DNA of 51,471 bases from Candidatus Thermofontivivens primus (GCA_031458695.1 JAVKJW010000016.1:1-51471), one strand, 5' to 3'; shown: positions 27,535 through 36,733, counted from the first letter of the stretch. Numbers and translations are program-made. The notes: generated from the sequence alone by a model not told the origin.

Positions 27535-29304
27535 ATGAACCGGCTGTGGCGCCAAGTGGGACCGTGGCATCTCACCCTTGTCATCGGACCTAGCATGGGT
27601 ATCGCTGTCCTGGCGATCCTCCAGGCGCGGCTCCTCAGCTGGATCGTCGCCGGCGTGTTCTTGGACGGCCGCCCCCTGTCGGGGGTCTATGGGCTTCTGG
27701 CTTGGCTCCTGGGAGTGATCATTGCACGAGCAGCTCTGGTGTGGGTCAACGAGGTCGCTAGCCAAGGGCTCGCGCTACGCGTGAAGACCGGCCTGCGGAA
27801 GAGATTCCTCACACATTTGTTCGCGTTGGGCCCAGTCTCCGTCCACGGTGAACGTGCGGGAGAGCTCGCCGCGACGGCGGTTGAAGGGATCGAGGCGCTC
27901 GACGCCTACTTCAGCCAGTACCTGCCGCAGGTCACGCTTGCTGCATTGGTCCCGCTGACCATGCTCTTGGTGATCGCCCCTGTCGATCCCCTTTCCGCAG
28001 TGATCTTATTACTCACGGCCCCCTTGCTCCCCCTGCTGGCCGGCCTCATCAGCCGCGCCGCTGATAAACTCACCAGAAGCCGATGGAAGCTCCTCGGGAC
28101 GTTGCACGCCCACTTCCTTGACGTTCTGACCGGCCTGACCACGCTGAAGATCTTCGGGCAGAGCCGCCCGCAGGTTCGGGTCATCAAAGAGGTCAGCGAT
28201 CGCTTCCGCGTTACCACCCTCGAGGTCCTCCGCGTGGCTTTCCTCTCTGCGCTGGTGCTTGAGATCATTGCCACCATCAGCACCGCCATCGTTGCTGTCA
28301 CCATCGGGTTGAGGCTCCTGAGTGGCCAGATGACGTTCGAGACGGGGTTCTTCGTCTTGATCCTGCTACCTGAATTCTACTTTCCGCTGCGGCTCCTCGG
28401 AGCCCGGTTCCATGCCAAAGCTGCAGCCGCCACCGCAGCCCAGAGGATCTTCGAAATCCTGGATACCCCTGCGCGTCTCTCCCATGTCCCACCCGTCCAG
28501 GTTCCAAATGTCCCGCGCCACACCTCGGCCACTCCGGCCGCCACCCTGCCCATCGAGGTACGATTCGAGGCAGTGGGATTTGCTTATACACCCGGGAGGC
28601 GCGCACTCGCCGAGGTCTCATTCGAGATTCAGCACAGACAGACCATTGCGCTCGTAGGACCAAGCGGCGCCGGCAAGAGCACCATTGCCCATTTGCTCCT
28701 CCGCTTCATCAAGCCTACAGAAGGTCAGATTCTGGCCAATGGCGTACCCCTGGATCTCTGGCCAGCCGCGGATTGGTACGCCTGTGTAGCCTGGGTCCCA
28801 CAGACGCCCTACCTCTTCCACGATACGCTTGAGGCCAATATCAAATTGGGCAATCCCGCGGCATCTTGTAAGGCTGTGGAGCGCGCCATCAGGGCTGCCC
28901 ATCTCGATCCCGTCGTGAGCCGCCTGCCCCGGGGATACAAGACGGTGATCGGAGAGACTGGCGTGCGGCTGAGCGGTGGGGAAGCTCAGCTCGTCGCGCT
29001 GGCAAGAGCGTTTCTCAAAGATGCACCGTTGCTTGTTCTGGACGAGCCCACATCGCACCTCGATCCGGCTCTCGAAGATGCGCTGTATGCGTCTGTGAGC
29101 CGCCTGATGGAGGGGCGTACGACGTTGGTCATCGCTCACCGCCTAGCTACGGTCCAGCGCGCCGACCAGATTATCGTGCTCGAGAAGGGCCGGATCGTCG
29201 ATGCGGGCACGCACGCGGAGTTGATGCTGCGGTGCGAACTCTACAACCGGTTGGTCCACACCGGTCTGGGTGGGGACGTCCTGGCCCGGGGAGCGAAAGC
29301 ATGA
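27535..29304 (+). CDS. cydD: Thiol reductant ABC exporter CydD
   Basis: GIEALDAYFSQYLPQ, HFLDVL.GL.TLKIFG, TLEVLRVAFLS.LVLE, PEFYFPLR.LG..FHA, GPSGAGKST, LSGGE, LDEPT. An alternative ATG lies at 27451. Confidence 0.93.
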   Translation: MNRLWRQVGPWHLTLVIGPSMGIAVLAILQARLLSWIVAGVFLDGRPLSGVYGLLAWLLGVIIARAALVWVNEVASQGLALRVKTGLRKRFLTHLFALGPVSVHGERAGELAATAVEGIEALDAYFSQYLPQVTLAALVPLTMLLVIAPVDPLSAVILLLTAPLLPLLAGLISRAADKLTRSRWKLLGTLHAHFLDVLTGLTTLKIFGQSRPQVRVIKEVSDRFRVTTLEVLRVAFLSALVLEIIATISTAIVAVTIGLRLLSGQMTFETGFFVLILLPEFYFPLRLLGARFHAKAAAATAAQRIFEILDTPARLSHVPPVQVPNVPRHTSATPAATLPIEVRFEAVGFAYTPGRRALAEVSFEIQHRQTIALVGPSGAGKSTIAHLLLRFIKPTEGQILANGVPLDLWPAADWYACVAWVPQTPYLFHDTLEANIKLGNPAASCKAVERAIRAAHLDPVVSRLPRGYKTVIGETGVRLSGGEAQLVALARAFLKDAPLLVLDEPTSHLDPALEDALYASVSRLMEGRTTLVIAHRLATVQRADQIIVLEKGRIVDAGTHAELMLRCELYNRLVHTGLGGDVLARGAKA

Positions 29305-31112
29305 CGCCGACGAAGCGCCACAATACCGGGGGGACCACGGTGAAAACAGGTAGCGGAGCAATTCTACTGCGTCTTCTTGGCCTCCTCAACTCCTTCGCCC
29401 CGCAGATGCTCCTCGCCATCCTCTTGAGCTCGGTCACGGTAGCCAGCGGAATTGGACTGCTGGTCACTTCAGCGTACCTGATTGCTGCCGCAGCACTCCA
29501 TCCGCCCATCGCTGCCCTCCTGGTGCCGGTCACAGGGGTCCGGTTCTTCGGGATCGCCCGGGGCGTCTTCAGGTACCTGGAGCGGTATGTCTCTCATGCG
29601 GTCACTTTCCAGGTATTGGCACACCTGCGGGTGTGGTTTTACCAGGCCGTCGAGCCGCTGGCCCCGGCCCGGCTCATGAAGTACCACAGCGCCGATCTCC
29701 TGAACCGTGTTGCGGCCGATATCGAGGAGCTGGAGCACTTTTTCGTGCGCGTGATCGCACCGCCCGCTGTCGCGGGAGTCGTGGCCCTGGGTGCGTATGC
29801 ATTCCTGGCTTGGTTTGACCTGCGCCTTGCCGCAGCGTTGCTCCTGTTTTTCTTTCTGCTCGGGGGAGGCTTGACGCTGTGGACGTATGGGGCCAGCCAG
29901 CGCCCCGCCGCCCGGCTCGTCGAGGCTCGGTCGGCGCTGCGGATCCGCCTAGTGGATGCCATCGTGGGCATGCCCGACATCATTGCCTCAGGCGGAGAAC
30001 AACGATGGCTGGAGCAGATCCGCACGGCCGAGCAGGCGCTGGCGAACGCACAAACTGCGATAGCACGCATCGGCGCCTGGCAGGGTGCGTGCAGCAGTCT
30101 GCTGGTGCATCTTGGGGCATGGATCGTGCTCGTGCTCGCCATTGCATCGGTAGAGGCAGGCCGGATCAGTGGCCTCTTCCTCGCGGCGATCGTACTGGGG
30201 GTTCTGACCAGCTTCGAGGCGGTGATCCCACTCCCCCATGCTGCACAGGCGCTGACGAGCGGTATCGCAGCGGCGCGGCGCATCTTCCGGATTGCCGACG
30301 CCTCGCCCGCGGTCGTTGATTCGCCAGCGCCGGTGGCCGTTCCCTCGCGTCCTTTCCTGTTGCGCGTGTCGGATCTCCGTTTCCGCTATGACAGGAACTC
30401 CCCCTGGACCCTTGACGGTGTGAGCTTCGACTTGGCTCCTGGCCGGAGTGTGGCCATCGTCGGACCTAGTGGCGCGGGCAAGTCCACACTGATCCACCTC
30501 CTCCTGAGGTTCTGGGAGTATGAGGAGGGGTCGATCTCACTCAATGGCATCGAGCTACGTAGGTATGCTATGGATGAAGTACGCCGCTTGTTCTCCGTGG
30601 TGCCCCAGCGACCGCACCTGTTCAACGCATCTATCCGGGAGAATCTGCTGCTAGCCAATCCCACAGCTTCGGAAGCGGAGCTGATCCATGCCGCAGAGCG
30701 TGCCAAGATCCATGCGTTCATCCAGTCGCTTCCCCGCGGGTACGAAACCCAGGTGGGCGAGCGGGGGATGGCTCTCAGCGGCGGTGAGCGGCAGCGCCTC
30801 GCTATCGCTCGTGCGCTGCTCCGTGATGCGCCAATGCTGCTGTTGGACGAACCGACAGCGAACCTCGATGCCGTGACCGAGCGCCAGATCCTGGAGACAC
30901 TGCACGAAATCCGCGGTGCGCGAGCGATGCTCCTGGTTACCCATCGACTTGTGGGCATGGAAGCTATGGACGAGATCCTCGTCTTAGACCGAGGGCGGAT
31001 CGTGGAACGCGGGTGCCACGCCGATCTCCTGGCCCGTGGAGGTCTGTACCGCAAGATGTGGGACCTGCAACACCGCGCGCTGAGCCTTGCTCTTCCCTCC
31101 CTTTCCCCCTAA
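29301..31112 (+). CDS. cydC: Thiol reductant ABC exporter CydC
   Basis: SAYLI..AAL.P, VRFFGIARGVFRYLERYVSH, GPSGAGKST, LSGGERQRLAIAR, LDEPTANLD; ATGA overlap with cydD. Confidence 0.95.
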   Translation: MTPTKRHNTGGTTVKTGSGAILLRLLGLLNSFAPQMLLAILLSSVTVASGIGLLVTSAYLIAAAALHPPIAALLVPVTGVRFFGIARGVFRYLERYVSHAVTFQVLAHLRVWFYQAVEPLAPARLMKYHSADLLNRVAADIEELEHFFVRVIAPPAVAGVVALGAYAFLAWFDLRLAAALLLFFFLLGGGLTLWTYGASQRPAARLVEARSALRIRLVDAIVGMPDIIASGGEQRWLEQIRTAEQALANAQTAIARIGAWQGACSSLLVHLGAWIVLVLAIASVEAGRISGLFLAAIVLGVLTSFEAVIPLPHAAQALTSGIAAARRIFRIADASPAVVDSPAPVAVPSRPFLLRVSDLRFRYDRNSPWTLDGVSFDLAPGRSVAIVGPSGAGKSTLIHLLLRFWEYEEGSISLNGIELRRYAMDEVRRLFSVVPQRPHLFNASIRENLLLANPTASEAELIHAAERAKIHAFIQSLPRGYETQVGERGMALSGGERQRLAIARALLRDAPMLLLDEPTANLDAVTERQILETLHEIRGARAMLLVTHRLVGMEAMDEILVLDRGRIVERGCHADLLARGGLYRKMWDLQHRALSLALPSLSP

Positions 31113-31114
31113 AA

Positions 31115-31128
31115 CGAACTAATGTTCA
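31115..31128. promoter_or_regulatory. LexA (SOS)-like box
   Basis: CGAAC-TAAT-GTTCA, an exact GAAC-N4-GTTC core, 2 nt after the cydC stop. Confidence 0.4.
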
Positions 31129-31180
31129 CTCCAACAACTACCAAGCTAGTCCGTCCCCTACAGTCCCGAGAAAATAATTC

Positions 31181-31209
31181 TTGACAGGGAAAAGATGTTA
31201 TCCTACAAT
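31181..31209 (+). promoter_or_regulatory. Sigma70-type promoter for the Fur/PerR-DtxR pair
   Basis: TTGACA-N17-TACAAT, flanked by inverted AAATAATT/AATTATTT arms. Confidence 0.75.
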
Positions 31210-31235
31210 TATTTCCGGGTGCAAAATCCTAACAG

Positions 31236-31682
31236 GTGGAAGTTATGAGACTACTAGAGGTCCTGCGGCAACATCGTGTCAAGCTTACTCCCCAGCGGTA
31301 CCTCATCTGCTCGCTCCTTGAAGGTGCAAAGCACCATCCCACAGCTGAAGCGCTCTACGAAGAAGCGCGAAAAATCATGCCGACCATGTCGCTGAAGACA
31401 GTATACGCCACCCTTCACGAACTGGCGGAACTAGGGGCTATCCGGCCCCTCACCCTTGGGAGCGGAGGGACGCGGTTTGATCCTGATCCCTCCCCCCACG
31501 CGCACCTCGTCTGCCGCAAGTGCGGGAGCATTACCGATGTACCCATTGACAACCCCTTCGTACATCTCTCCCTCGATGTGGGGCAAGGATTTTCTGTTGA
31601 GGGGTATGAGATCATCTTCCGGGGCCTTTGCGCTTCATGCAGGGCTGAAGAAGACGGGCTACCAGAGGGGGAGGAGCAATGA
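31236..31682 (+). CDS. Fur-family regulator, PerR-like
   Basis: LTPQR, HPTAE.LY, S..TVY.TL, RFD.....HAHLVCRKCG.I.D and C-terminal CASC. The two Asp ligands fit PerR better than Fur. An alternative ATG lies at 31245. Confidence 0.9.
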   Translation: MEVMRLLEVLRQHRVKLTPQRYLICSLLEGAKHHPTAEALYEEARKIMPTMSLKTVYATLHELAELGAIRPLTLGSGGTRFDPDPSPHAHLVCRKCGSITDVPIDNPFVHLSLDVGQGFSVEGYEIIFRGLCASCRAEEDGLPEGEEQ

Positions 31683-32347
31683 GAACCCACGACATCGCCA
31701 AGACGGAAAAGCGGGAGATGTATGTCAAATCCATCCTCACGCTTGAGCTCTCCGCCCCCCCGGCAACGATTACAAAAATTGCAGACTACCTGGGCGTCTC
31801 CCCTCCCTCAGCCTGGGAGATGCTCAAGAGGCTGGAACAGCTGGGCTTGGCGCAGGCAAACGGCGAAGGCATCACCCTGACCGTTGAGGGAAAGCAGATG
31901 GCAACACAGGTCCTCCGGAGGTTGCGCCTCGCTGAACGCCTCCTCACAGACATCCTTGGGATGTCGCTCGATCAGGTCTACAGGGAAGCGTGCAAGCTGG
32001 AACATGCGATTGGGCCTACGGTAGAAGATCGCCTGGCACAAGTGCTGGGGAACCCACGTGTCTGCCCCCACGGGCACCCCATACCGGATGCACAGGGCCG
32101 GCTCGCTCCGTTTCCAGCGTTAACCCTCTCCACGGTCCCCCCAGGGAAGGTTGTGGTCATTTCCTGCGTCCCCGAGGAGGATGAAGAGCTATTAGGCTAT
32201 CTGATGCGGCTTGGCCTCGTGCCAGGTGCGCAGGTCATCGTGGAGGAAGTTACACCCTTCAACGGGCCCCTCATCCTGAAGGTCGGGAGCACTCGTCACG
32301 CCATTGGCAGGGACGTTGCGGCCAGGATCCGGGTTCAAGAAGGGTGA
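31679..32347 (+). CDS. DtxR/IdeR/MntR-family metal-dependent regulator with FeoA (SH3-like) domain
   Basis: EMYVKSI, IA.YLGVSPPS..EMLKRL, RLAERLL, EACKLEH, CPHGHPIP, LGLVPG. Confidence 0.92.
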   Translation: MRTHDIAKTEKREMYVKSILTLELSAPPATITKIADYLGVSPPSAWEMLKRLEQLGLAQANGEGITLTVEGKQMATQVLRRLRLAERLLTDILGMSLDQVYREACKLEHAIGPTVEDRLAQVLGNPRVCPHGHPIPDAQGRLAPFPALTLSTVPPGKVVVISCVPEEDEELLGYLMRLGLVPGAQVIVEEVTPFNGPLILKVGSTRHAIGRDVAARIRVQEG

Positions 32348-33687
32348 GGACTGAGTAATACCTCCAGCTTTCTGTTGAGGGCTTTGAGCGCGGCCTTTAC
32401 CACAGCCTCGTAGGGATCTTCTGCGGAGAACACGGAACCGAGAAGGTGCTCTTCCCCGGTTGGGGTCCCAAGGACGACGTGGACGTGAACCGCCGTTCTC
32501 CCGTCCATGGAGGTATAGGTGATCTCCCCCAAGGTCGCCCAGTAGGGGGCAGGGAGGAGTGAGGAGATAGCTCCCAGGGTCGCCTCTGCAAGAAGGCGTT
32601 CTTCGCTCCTTCCCGCGATCACTCCCGACGCCTCGCCGCGATAGGCGGTCCCCTTGTAGGTAACCTCCACAGAGGCGCTCACCTTCTGGCGGGAGATGCA
32701 AATCTCGTATCCCTGGAGGCGTACTCGGGGCGCTTTCTCCTCGGGTTTCCTCGGTGGAGAGGGGGGTGGTTCTTGTGGTTTCTCCACAGGGGGAAGCGGC
32801 GTCTCCATGCTCGCCGTTTCCCCCGCGACAGCCCTCGGGACATCGTGGCTATGCAAGAACGGTAAGCCCATGCGCTTCGCGATGGTGGATGCCCTACTCG
32901 CGAGGGTGAGGAGATCGTCCACTGTAGCAGCGTAGTGGATATCATGGCGCTCTACGGTCCGTTTCCCCCCAGATATTCCGATACTGGCCTTGACCGCCCC
33001 CTGAGGCACACCGGGGACGGAAATGGAGACAATCGCTTCCCAGATCCTCTGGGCCAGTACCTCTGCCTCTGGTTTGGAAAGGAGGGTAACCACGACGAAC
33101 TCATCCCCCCCATATCGGCAGAGAACGTCCCTCTTTGGATCCACAAGCTCTACAAGGGATCTCGCCACCGCCTGGATCACGCGGTCACCAAGGACGTGCC
33201 CGTAGGCCTTGTTGATGGCCCCGAAGTCATCCATATCGATAAAAAGGATGGCGATCTCCTTCCCTTCCCGGAGGTATTCGACGGCCTGGAGGCGCAACGT
33301 GCCAGGCCAGGGAAGTTCTGTGAGGGGATCAATGAGCTTTCCTAGCTCCGGGAGGATATCGATAAGGGTAATGATCCCAACGAACTCCCCGTTCTCCACA
33401 ACGGGCAGGCTACTCGTCCGGTGGGCCTTCATGAGCTCATAGGTGGAATGGAGGGAAGCGTCGGGGTGGATCGTCGCCGGGGCAGGGGACGTGATTTGGC
33501 CGATCTCCCGATAGATGGGCTGGCGAATGAGGTCCTGAAGGGTCACGAGGCCGAGAAGGGCCTTCCCCTCGACAACGGGCAGAACGCTCAGACCATGCTC
33601 CCGCATGAGCTCGATGGCTGAAGCCACGGTCTGAATGGGAGATACCGCAACGACCTGCTGGGTCATGAGTTGGCGCACAGTCTTCAT
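32335..33687 (-). CDS. CBS-pair / GGDEF protein with an extra C-terminal domain
   Basis: Two CBS repeats (LPVV.G..L.G.VT..D; LPVVENGEFVGIIT..D), DPLT.L, FIDMDDF..IN..YGH..GD, RYGGDEF, Pro-rich linker and a ~125-aa C-terminal domain. Start placed at ATG 33687. Confidence 0.88.
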   Translation of the reverse strand: MKTVRQLMTQQVVAVSPIQTVASAIELMREHGLSVLPVVEGKALLGLVTLQDLIRQPIYREIGQITSPAPATIHPDASLHSTYELMKAHRTSSLPVVENGEFVGIITLIDILPELGKLIDPLTELPWPGTLRLQAVEYLREGKEIAILFIDMDDFGAINKAYGHVLGDRVIQAVARSLVELVDPKRDVLCRYGGDEFVVVTLLSKPEAEVLAQRIWEAIVSISVPGVPQGAVKASIGISGGKRTVERHDIHYAATVDDLLTLASRASTIAKRMGLPFLHSHDVPRAVAGETASMETPLPPVEKPQEPPPSPPRKPEEKAPRVRLQGYEICISRQKVSASVEVTYKGTAYRGEASGVIAGRSEERLLAEATLGAISSLLPAPYWATLGEITYTSMDGRTAVHVHVVLGTPTGEEHLLGSVFSAEDPYEAVVKAALKALNRKLEVLLSPHPS

Positions 33688-33803
33688 CCTTGCTTTCTTC
33701 TCCCCATTCCTCCTATGTGAGGCTACACCTTCGAGGACTCGCGGCCTCAGCCCGATGGCTCGAAGGGTCCGGGGGTACATGAAGAGCTCAAGCAAACGGA
33801 AAT

Positions 33804-34304
33804 TTACTTGGAGGGTTTATTCTCCAGCTTTGCAACCGCTTCCTTCAGGCGGGCGTACGTCGTGTCCAAGAATTCGGGGATCACCTTCACATCCGCCAGG
33901 ACTGGCATGAAGTTGGTGTCGCCAGCCCACCTGGGGACGATGTGGATGTGCAGGTGGTCCTCAATCCCTGCACCTGCCGCACGCCCGAGGTTCATCCCGA
34001 TATTGAACCCCTCTGGTGCGTACACCTCCTGGAGGGCTTTCATAGCGAGGTCCACCATTCGGTGGAGGTCGACGAGCTCCGCGTCGTCCAGCTCGTGGGG
34101 GAATGCAACATGCCGGAAAGGGACCGCCATGAGGTGCCCGGAGTTGTACGGGAAAGCGTTGAGGACAAGGTAGGACCGCTTCCCTCGATGGACGATGCGC
34201 GTCTTCTCATCTTGCCCACGAGAGGGCATCTCGCAAAAGATGCACCCTTCCACCTTGGGGCCCTTGATGTACTCAAGCCTCCACGGCGCCCAGAGTTGTT
34301 TCAT
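33804..34304 (-). CDS. HIT family protein (diadenosine tetraphosphate hydrolase/phosphorylase-like)
   Basis: LWAPWR..YI, CIFC, LNAFPYNSGHLM.VP.RH, GFNIGMNLG..AGAGI, HLHIHIVPRW.GD.NFM. Confidence 0.92.
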   Translation of the reverse strand: MKQLWAPWRLEYIKGPKVEGCIFCEMPSRGQDEKTRIVHRGKRSYLVLNAFPYNSGHLMAVPFRHVAFPHELDDAELVDLHRMVDLAMKALQEVYAPEGFNIGMNLGRAAGAGIEDHLHIHIVPRWAGDTNFMPVLADVKVIPEFLDTTYARLKEAVAKLENKPSK

Positions 34305-34346
34305 CCCCCTCTCCCCCTTGCGCTCTTTACCCACACTTTTTTGGGA

Positions 34347-34376
34347 CCCGGGGAAAACCTTTTGCTTTTCCCAGGG
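34347..34376. repeat. Dispersed ~30-bp intergenic palindrome, copy B
   Basis: cccggggaaaaccttttgcttttcccaggg; the stem extends with ga/tc to 34345-34378. Confidence 0.5.
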
Positions 34377-34385
34377 TCGCCTTCC

Positions 34386-35201
34386 TCATGAGTTCTTCAG
34401 CGACATCTCGTCAAAAGATTCCAGTAGGGCTCCTTCCTCCTGGAAGTCCTGGAGCCTCTCGAGAGCCGCACGAGCCGCAGCTTCTGTGGCTTCCTTCTTA
34501 GTCCTTCCCCTCCCCTCGCCTAGCACTTCCCCCTTCACCTCCACTACGGCCACAAACACGCGCTCATGCGGGGGCCCCTCCTCTCCCACGATCCGGTATC
34601 GCGGGAGACCTTTCCCCTTCCGCTGGATGAGCTCCTGGAACCGGCTCTTAGCATCGGCGGGAGGATGCTCCCGGAGCTCCTCCAGGAGCGGGGCGAACCA
34701 GGTTGTGAGAACCCGCTTCGAGGCCTCATAGCCGGAGTCAAGGTAGATCGCCCCAGCGATGGCCTCCAGAACATCGGCAAGGATCGAACCGCGAAAGCGT
34801 CCCCCTCCCTTTTCTTCTCCCCTCCCCAGGAGGATGTACTCTCCGATGTGGAGGCTCCGAGCGATCCGGGCAAGAACAGGTTCACTCACAAGGCGCGCCC
34901 TTGCCTTCGCCAGGAACCCCTCTGGGACATTTGGATAAGAACAGAAGAGAAGATCGCTTACCACTAGGTTGATCACGGAGTCTCCAAGGAATTCCAACCT
35001 CTCATAGCTTCTCCTTGCAACCCCCCTCTCCCCCTCGCTCTCGTGAACGAACGAACCGTGGGAAAGGGCCTGCTCAAGGAGATCAACTCGAGTGAACTGA
35101 ATTCCGAGTTTGCGCTCCAGCTCGCTGAGCTGGACCTTCCGAACGTCAGGCAGACCCATGGAGGAATCTGCGTGTTGGTTCCCTGTGGGGACAGGGGGCA
35201 C
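34386..35201 (-). CDS. rnc: Ribonuclease III
   Basis: ALSH.S, ERLEFLGDSV, ADVLEAI.GAIYLDSG, dsRBD KSRFQE...GPPHERVF...G.G.TKK.A. The true start may be ATG 35159. Confidence 0.97.
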   Translation of the reverse strand: MPPVPTGNQHADSSMGLPDVRKVQLSELERKLGIQFTRVDLLEQALSHGSFVHESEGERGVARRSYERLEFLGDSVINLVVSDLLFCSYPNVPEGFLAKARARLVSEPVLARIARSLHIGEYILLGRGEEKGGGRFRGSILADVLEAIAGAIYLDSGYEASKRVLTTWFAPLLEELREHPPADAKSRFQELIQRKGKGLPRYRIVGEEGPPHERVFVAVVEVKGEVLGEGRGRTKKEATEAAARAALERLQDFQEEGALLESFDEMSLKNS

Positions 35202-36442
35202 TATCCTGTGAACCTCCTCACTACCAGGACGGCGTTGTGCCCGCCAAATCCAAACGCGTTAGACATTGCCGTCTCTACCCTGGCCTGGCGCGGTGTATTG
35301 GGGACATAGTCGAGGTCGCACTCAGGATCGGGGAATTCGTAGTTGATCGTGGGAGGGATCCGCTGGTGCTCAATACTGAGGAGGCAGGCGATCAACTCGA
35401 CGCCTCCGGCAGCCCCAAGGAGGTGCCCAGTCATGGACTTAGTTGAGCTCACCGCCAAACGATAGGCATGATCCCCGAAGACCCTCTTGATCGCCAGGGT
35501 CTCAAGGCGGTCATTGTAAGGCGTGGATGTCCCGTGGGCATTGATGTAGTCTACCTCCGAGGGATCAATTCGCGCGTCCCTGAGGGCCCGCGCCATCGCC
35601 CGAGCAGCCCCGTCTCCCTCGGGATCAGGCTGGGTAATGTGGTAGGCATCTGCGCTCGTCCCGTACCCAATACATTCTGCATAAATGTGTGCATCACGCC
35701 GGAGAGCATGCTCTAGCTCCTCTAACAGGACGACGCCTGCCCCCTCGCCCATGACGAACCCATCACGCTCCCGGTCGAAAGGCCGGACCGCTCGCTTGGG
35801 ATCGTCGTTACGACGTGACATGGCCTTCATCGAACAGAACGCGGCCAGGGCGAGAGGCGTAATCGCCGCCTCGGCACCACCTGCGAGCATCGCAATCGCT
35901 TCGCCCCGCTGGATGATCCGAAATGCGTCCCCAATGGCGTGGCCCCCGGTTGCACAGGCCGTGACCACTGCGCTGTTCGGGCCCTTGGCGCCGATCTGAA
36001 TGCTCACCTGACCGGCAGCCATATTCACGATCATCATGGTGACAAAGAAGGGGCTCACCCTGTCTGGACCCTTCTCGAGGAAGATCCTGTGCTGCTCCTC
36101 TAGCGTCCTCATCCCCCCGATCCCGGAGCCGATGATGACGCCCACCTCCTCAGCGTTCGCAGGGGTGATGGTAAAACCTGCATCTTCCAGAGCCATGCGG
36201 CTAGCGGCTACCGCGAAGTGCACGAACCGGTCGTTCCGGCGGACCTCCTTGCGGTCCATGTAGTCGGTGGGATCGAAATCCCTCACTTCGGCAGCGATGC
36301 GTGTGTCAAAACGGGATGCATCGAAGCTCGAAATATGGTCTACTCCACATCGCCCCTCCATGAGGGCGCTCCAGAAGGCTTCCTTTCCAATCCCGATGGG
36401 GCTGATGACGCCTACACCGGTGATGACAACCCGCTTGTTCAT
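35201..36442 (-). CDS. fabF: 3-oxoacyl-ACP synthase II
   Basis: RVVITG.G, VTACATG (catalytic Cys), [42 protein letters not shown]. Confidence 0.98.
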   Translation of the reverse strand: MNKRVVITGVGVISPIGIGKEAFWSALMEGRCGVDHISSFDASRFDTRIAAEVRDFDPTDYMDRKEVRRNDRFVHFAVAASRMALEDAGFTITPANAEEVGVIIGSGIGGMRTLEEQHRIFLEKGPDRVSPFFVTMMIVNMAAGQVSIQIGAKGPNSAVVTACATGGHAIGDAFRIIQRGEAIAMLAGGAEAAITPLALAAFCSMKAMSRRNDDPKRAVRPFDRERDGFVMGEGAGVVLLEELEHALRRDAHIYAECIGYGTSADAYHITQPDPEGDGAARAMARALRDARIDPSEVDYINAHGTSTPYNDRLETLAIKRVFGDHAYRLAVSSTKSMTGHLLGAAGGVELIACLLSIEHQRIPPTINYEFPDPECDLDYVPNTPRQARVETAMSNAFGFGGHNAVLVVRRFTG

Positions 36443-36451
36443 CCTGCACCC

Positions 36452-36733
36452 TCAATCCGTCTCCTCTTCCTCCTCCGCCTCGGCCTCCCCCTGCTTCATC
36501 TCCAGGTGGCGCTCGATGTACCGAACGGCCTCCCCCACGGTCTGGATCTTCTCGGCATCCTCATCAGGGATCTCCAGCTCGAACTCCTCCTCGAGTGCCA
36601 TCACCAGCTCCACCACGTCTAGGGAGTCTGCCCCCAGATCCTCGACGAAGGAGGCCTCCGGGGTCACTTCCTCCTCATCGACATTGAGCTGCTCTACGAT
36701 GATATTCTTGACTCTCTCAAACACGCTCGCCAT
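36452..36733 (-). CDS. acpP: Acyl carrier protein
   Basis: [33 protein letters not shown]; acidic C-terminal tail. Confidence 0.98.
   Translation of the reverse strand: MASVFERVKNIIVEQLNVDEEEVTPEASFVEDLGADSLDVVELVMALEEEFELEIPDEDAEKIQTVGEAVRYIERHLEMKQGEAEAEEEEETD

Noticed and set aside
33700..33800. c-di-GMP riboswitch ahead of the GGDEF gene
   Set aside because: Only one 8-bp stem; the class I GGCAAAC/GNRA/GCAAAG pattern is absent on the sense strand.
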